Assembly: GCA_964371585.1 (NCBI GenBank)
Contig: CAYJMD010000001.1
Coordinates: forward strand, 175,049 to 239,048
Direction of reading: 5' to 3'
DNA from: an uncultured Clostridiaceae bacterium
GTDB lineage: Bacteria > Bacillota > Clostridia > TANB77 > CAG-465
DNA: 64,000 nucleotides
Positions 60,736-64,000 of the stretch are shown one piece after another; the first letter of the stretch is position 1; each line of letters begins with the position of its first letter. The notes beneath the pieces are model-generated. The model was not told the DNA's origin. It was given only the letters and a program-made list of their open reading frames with translations, and ran no database searches. The position numbers and the translations under genes were made by a program.

Positions 60736-61090
60736 GTTACAAGTATTTTAGATGGTCGCGCATACTTTGTATGTGAGGAAAGTCCGGGCTCCAAAAGTAG
60801 TACGTAATGCTAGATAACGTCTAGTGGGAGTGATCCTAAGGAAAGTGCAACAGAAAAGAACCGCTATAAAATTTATTTTGTAGTAAGGGTGAAAAAGTGA
60901 GGTAAGAGCTCACTAATGACTATGGTGACATAGATATTGTGTAAACCCCATTTGGAGCAACACCAGAAGTAAAAGATTAAGGTAGTACTAAGCCGTCTTT
61001 TAAGTGGTTGGTGGCTTGAGGTATATAGTGATATATATCCTAGATAAATGACTGTCAAATACAGAACCCGGCTTATTGAATACTTGTAAC
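60736..61090 (+). ncRNA. rnpB: RNase P RNA (bacterial, Firmicute type B)
   Basis: It has the conserved P4 strands GAGGAAAGTCCGGGCTC and ACAGAACCCGGCTTA. The P1 helix pairs GTTACAAGTATT with AATACTTGTAAC. Confidence 0.93.
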
Positions 61091-61219
61091 AAATTATATA
61101 TAAATTGTTTAAAAACTACTAATATTTATATATTAGGATGTTACTTCAATCACTGTTAACATAAGTGTTTTGCTCATGAAATAAAAAATTAAAAAAATAA
61201 AGTTTTTTATACAAAAGTG

Positions 61220-61248
61220 TTGACAAATTACTCATAATGGTTTATAAT
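61220..61248 (+). promoter_or_regulatory. Promoter of the tRNA cluster
   Basis: TTGACA (61220-61225), a 17-nt spacer, then TATAAT (61243-61248). Confidence 0.65.
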
Positions 61249-61292
61249 ATATTCATGTCACGAAGACATATGGCAACTTAAGAAAAATAAAT

Positions 61293-61368
61293 GGGCGCTT
61301 AGCTCAGTTGGGAGAGCACCTGCCTTACAAGCAGGGGGTCACAGGTTCGAGCCCTGTAGTGCCCACCA
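61293..61368 (+). tRNA. tRNA-Val (anticodon UAC)
   Basis: A cloverleaf was folded by hand. The anticodon loop is CTTACAA, the T-loop is TTCGAGC and CCA is encoded. Confidence 0.92.
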
Positions 61369-61378
61369 CATTTATTTT

Positions 61379-61455
61379 GGCCCAGTAGTTCAGTTGGTTA
61401 GAACGCTAGCCTGTCACGCTAGAGGTCGAGGGTTCGAGTCCCTTCTGGGTCGCCA
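61379..61455 (+). tRNA. tRNA-Asp (anticodon GUC)
   Basis: It folds as a cloverleaf. The anticodon loop is CTGTCAC, the T-loop is TTCGAGT and CCA is encoded. Confidence 0.92.
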
Positions 61456-61465
61456 TTTTTTTATT

Positions 61466-61541
<76 letters not shown>

Positions 61542-61547
61542 TAATAT

Positions 61548-61623
61548 GCGGGAGTAGCTCAGTTGATAGAGCGTCGCCTTGCCAAGGCGAAGGTCGCGGG
61601 TTTGAGCCCCGTCTCCCGCTCCA
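61548..61623 (+). tRNA. tRNA-Gly (anticodon GCC) with an atypical A19/U56
   Basis: It folds as a cloverleaf. The anticodon loop is TTGCCAA. The D-loop is AGTTGATA and the T-loop is TTTGAGC. CCA is encoded. Confidence 0.88.
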
Positions 61624-61719
61624 AAAAAGAATAAATAAACAAACTACACTGGAATTTATTCTTAGTGTTTTTATTTTATTTGTAATAAAAAAAGACAATA
61701 AACATAATATATAATATAT

Positions 61720-61793
<74 letters not shown>

Positions 61794-61798
61794 TAAAG

Positions 61799-61835
61799 AA
61801 AACATCTCATAGAAATATGGGGTGTTTTTTGTTGA
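61799..61835 (+). terminator. Intrinsic terminator after tRNA-Cys
   Basis: Hairpin ACATCTCAT agaaat ATGGGGTGT, which includes G-U pairs, is followed by T6. Confidence 0.65.
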
Positions 61836-61885
61836 AAAAAGTTAGTTTAAATGTTATAATATATAGAATAAAAAGGAGAATTACA

Positions 61886-63127
61886 ATGAAAGAACAAAAT
61901 TATTTTATAAAGATAGGAGCTATTATTAGTATAATAATGCTCATTATTATAGTTATTTTTAACTTTCTTATATTAAAAGAAAGCTATGATTTATTTCAAT
62001 TTATATTTAATATACTAATGAGTGTATTTACAGGTCTTATAGCAACTATAATGTTATCAATAGTAACATATATGTATAATAGAAATAATGAATTTAAAGA
62101 TTATTATTTAAATACATCAAATATATATAAAACTTCAAATGATTTATTATATAACTGCAATGAATTACAAAGACATCTATATCATCCAGATTCTTATAAA
62201 TATATTAATATATATGAGAAATTAATTTTAGAAAATTATAATTATTTAGTTAGTTTTCAATTAAATATAGAAAGATTATATTTAGGGTTCAATTTTAATA
62301 AGTCATTTTTAAATATTATTGAAAATGATTGTAAACAATTAAATGTGTATATATATAATTTGAAAAAATCAGTAGACGATATACAATCAATATTTAATAA
62401 ATTAAATATTATTGATAAACAAATTGCATTACAAATAAATCTTTCAGGAGATGAGGCTATTTTTGAAAATAAAAGAGAACAAATTTTATTATATATAAAG
62501 CAATATTCCCAAGAAATAAGCAATATAAGTCTGCAATTAAAAACTTTGTCATTTGAGTTATTAAAGCGATTTAAAAATATTAATAAAAAATATAATATAA
62601 TTGATGTATATTCAACTAATCAAACAAATACACATAATGTAAAAAAATATCATTTTATTGTAAATTTAGATATTATGAATATATATACTAAAATAAATGG
62701 GATTTCAGAGATTATAAAAATAGAAAATTGGATATTAGGAAATCATAAGTTTCAATTAGAAAATAAATTAGTAGAAATTATGAGGGTAATTAATGAAATG
62801 GAATTAATTTTGGAATTTAATGATCCATTAATAGTTAATTTAAAAACTATTGAAAAAATTATTCGAAAAGTAAATAATAATTATAATAGGTTTGTAAGTA
62901 AAATTCCTTATGAATTTATAGTGAACTATTTTAAAGAAAAAGAAATTAGTATTGATAAAAATTTAAGAATTTGTGAACACCAGAGTAAAGAACAGATTTT
63001 GAATGAGTTATTAATAATTGATGAAATTAAAAATATAGATAAATTGACTAATGAGCTTATATATTATATAGAAAAAGAAGATATATTAAGAAAATTAGAA
63101 AAGTTAAATAATAATTTGAATATGTAG
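61886..63127 (+). CDS. Hypothetical protein (413 aa) with two N-terminal TM helices and a long helical region
   Basis: The ATG at 61886 follows AAAGGAGAA. The ORF-track start at 61760 lies inside tRNA-Cys. No motif was recognised. Confidence 0.6.
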   Translation: MKEQNYFIKIGAIISIIMLIIIVIFNFLILKESYDLFQFIFNILMSVFTGLIATIMLSIVTYMYNRNNEFKDYYLNTSNIYKTSNDLLYNCNELQRHLYHPDSYKYINIYEKLILENYNYLVSFQLNIERLYLGFNFNKSFLNIIENDCKQLNVYIYNLKKSVDDIQSIFNKLNIIDKQIALQINLSGDEAIFENKREQILLYIKQYSQEISNISLQLKTLSFELLKRFKNINKKYNIIDVYSTNQTNTHNVKKYHFIVNLDIMNIYTKINGISEIIKIENWILGNHKFQLENKLVEIMRVINEMELILEFNDPLIVNLKTIEKIIRKVNNNYNRFVSKIPYEFIVNYFKEKEISIDKNLRICEHQSKEQILNELLIIDEIKNIDKLTNELIYYIEKEDILRKLEKLNNNLNM

Positions 63128-63334
63128 AATATTAAAACTAATTACTTTAATTATTACGATAATGGTAATGTTAATAAAACAAACAGTTAGAGAAATTTAG
63201 CTGTTTTTTCATGTTGAGTAATAGATAAAATTTTTAAAAAGGTAAATACTCATAATATATTTATACATTTTAGATATGAAATTTAAAAATAATATCAATA
63301 ATCTGCTAGTTTTTATTAAAACAAAAGTTAAACA

Positions 63335-63709
63335 TTATATATAAACAGCTAAATTTAAGAATATTACAATTAGATGCAATAAATCTAGTATTAGTATTTC
63401 CTTTAGAAGTAGTAAAAAAAGTAAACATATGTAATGATCAAAGTTTCTTAAATCTACTCTGTTATAATCATGACAACATATCATATATGATCTTATAGTA
63501 ATTCTTTTATTAGATTTATGCCATAGCATAAGTTTAATAATAGTTAAAACACGTGAAAGTAATATGTAATCCATATCTTGAATTTTACTATATAATAATT
63601 CAGTAGTAATTCTAGCATATAATTTGAACCCTTCAGTAAAATAATGTCTATTAGTGAGTGAAGTTATATCATTTGCACAATCAAATACAAAATCAAAATC
63701 TAATTGCAT
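63335..63709 (-). CDS. Hypothetical ORF, possibly a gene remnant
   Basis: It is a 124-aa ORF with no convincing RBS. An upstream in-frame-like fragment at about 63722-63925 lacks a start codon. The coding status is doubtful. Confidence 0.3.
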   Translation of the reverse strand: MQLDFDFVFDCANDITSLTNRHYFTEGFKLYARITTELLYSKIQDMDYILLSRVLTIIKLMLWHKSNKRITIRSYMICCHDYNRVDLRNFDHYICLLFLLLLKEILILDLLHLIVIFLNLAVYI

Positions 63710-64000
63710 ATCACTAGTTAATCTTTATTTAAATTTAGCCAAAACATTATCTAGTTTTTTCATTTGAAACTTATAATCAACATTGATTAATGTTTCAGAC
63801 GATGGATATATTTCACCACTATACAGTTTATGAATTGTTTCATTTGTTTCTATAATGAAGTATTTTCCTTTCTTAAGTGTTTGAAATAAAAAAGCAATAA
63901 TTAAATATTATAAATTTTTATAACATTCGACATCAAAAAAATGATATAATATATACATAAATAATTTAAATAGATATTATGTAAAAAATATATAGAATCT

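Noticed and set aside
60873-61058. A 61-aa minus-strand ORF.
   Set aside because: It lies wholly inside the RNase P RNA gene.
63722-63925. A minus-strand fragment encoding ...GKYFIIETNETIHKLYSGEIYPSSETLINVDYKFQMKKLDNVLAKFK, with a tentative resemblance of the downstream ORF motif IRSYMICCHDYNRV to the Abi_2 (AbiD/F) RNxCAHHxR motif.
   Set aside because: The motif spacing does not match when aligned residue by residue. The fragment has no start codon and I cannot support homology by eye. It is mentioned only as possible gene debris.

Overview
By eye this is a very AT-rich chromosomal segment from a low-GC Firmicute, most likely a Clostridia-type endospore former, since yabP-yabQ-divIC are present. 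Most genes are on the + strand and most are housekeeping. In order they are: a heterodimeric ABC exporter, a GT51 transglycosylase, rmuC, glmU, tRNA-Leu, yabP/yabQ/divIC, a TIGR03960-type radical SAM gene, a four-subunit 2-oxoacid:ferredoxin oxidoreductase operon, pta-ackA, M24 and M18 peptidases, rodA, dusB, mtaB, DUF4321-radC-mreBCD-PBP2, smpB, era-yqzL-recO, uvrA, ruvB-queH, pyrG, a Thr T-box leader with thrS, RNase P RNA, and a Val-Asp-Phe-Gly plus Cys tRNA cluster. I saw no CRISPR array, transposase, integrase or phage structural gene. Nothing here is a clear-cut novel system. The best candidates for follow-up are: (1) an orphan promoter-to-terminator unit of about 225 nt upstream of smpB that has no ORF and folds as a long rod-like hairpin, possibly 6S-like or a new sRNA; (2) a two-gene operon of small, Cys-bearing, beta-rich proteins without signal peptides, convergent with smpB, possibly spore-surface or appendage-type subunits; (3) two adjacent monocistronic PIN-like genes with nearly identical promoters and 5' UTRs, which together hold three copies of one module; (4) an orphan 577-aa protein with no recognisable domain; (5) three reading-frame anomalies: a PAP2 phosphatase frameshifted inside its PSGH motif, a VanW-like gene frameshifted after its membrane anchor, and radC lacking a canonical start; (6) a tRNA-Gly(GCC) with a covarying A19:U56 elbow pair; (7) a GAAC-N4-GTTT LexA-type box inside the uvrA promoter. 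All functional calls come from motif recognition by eye on the supplied translations. No database search was run.
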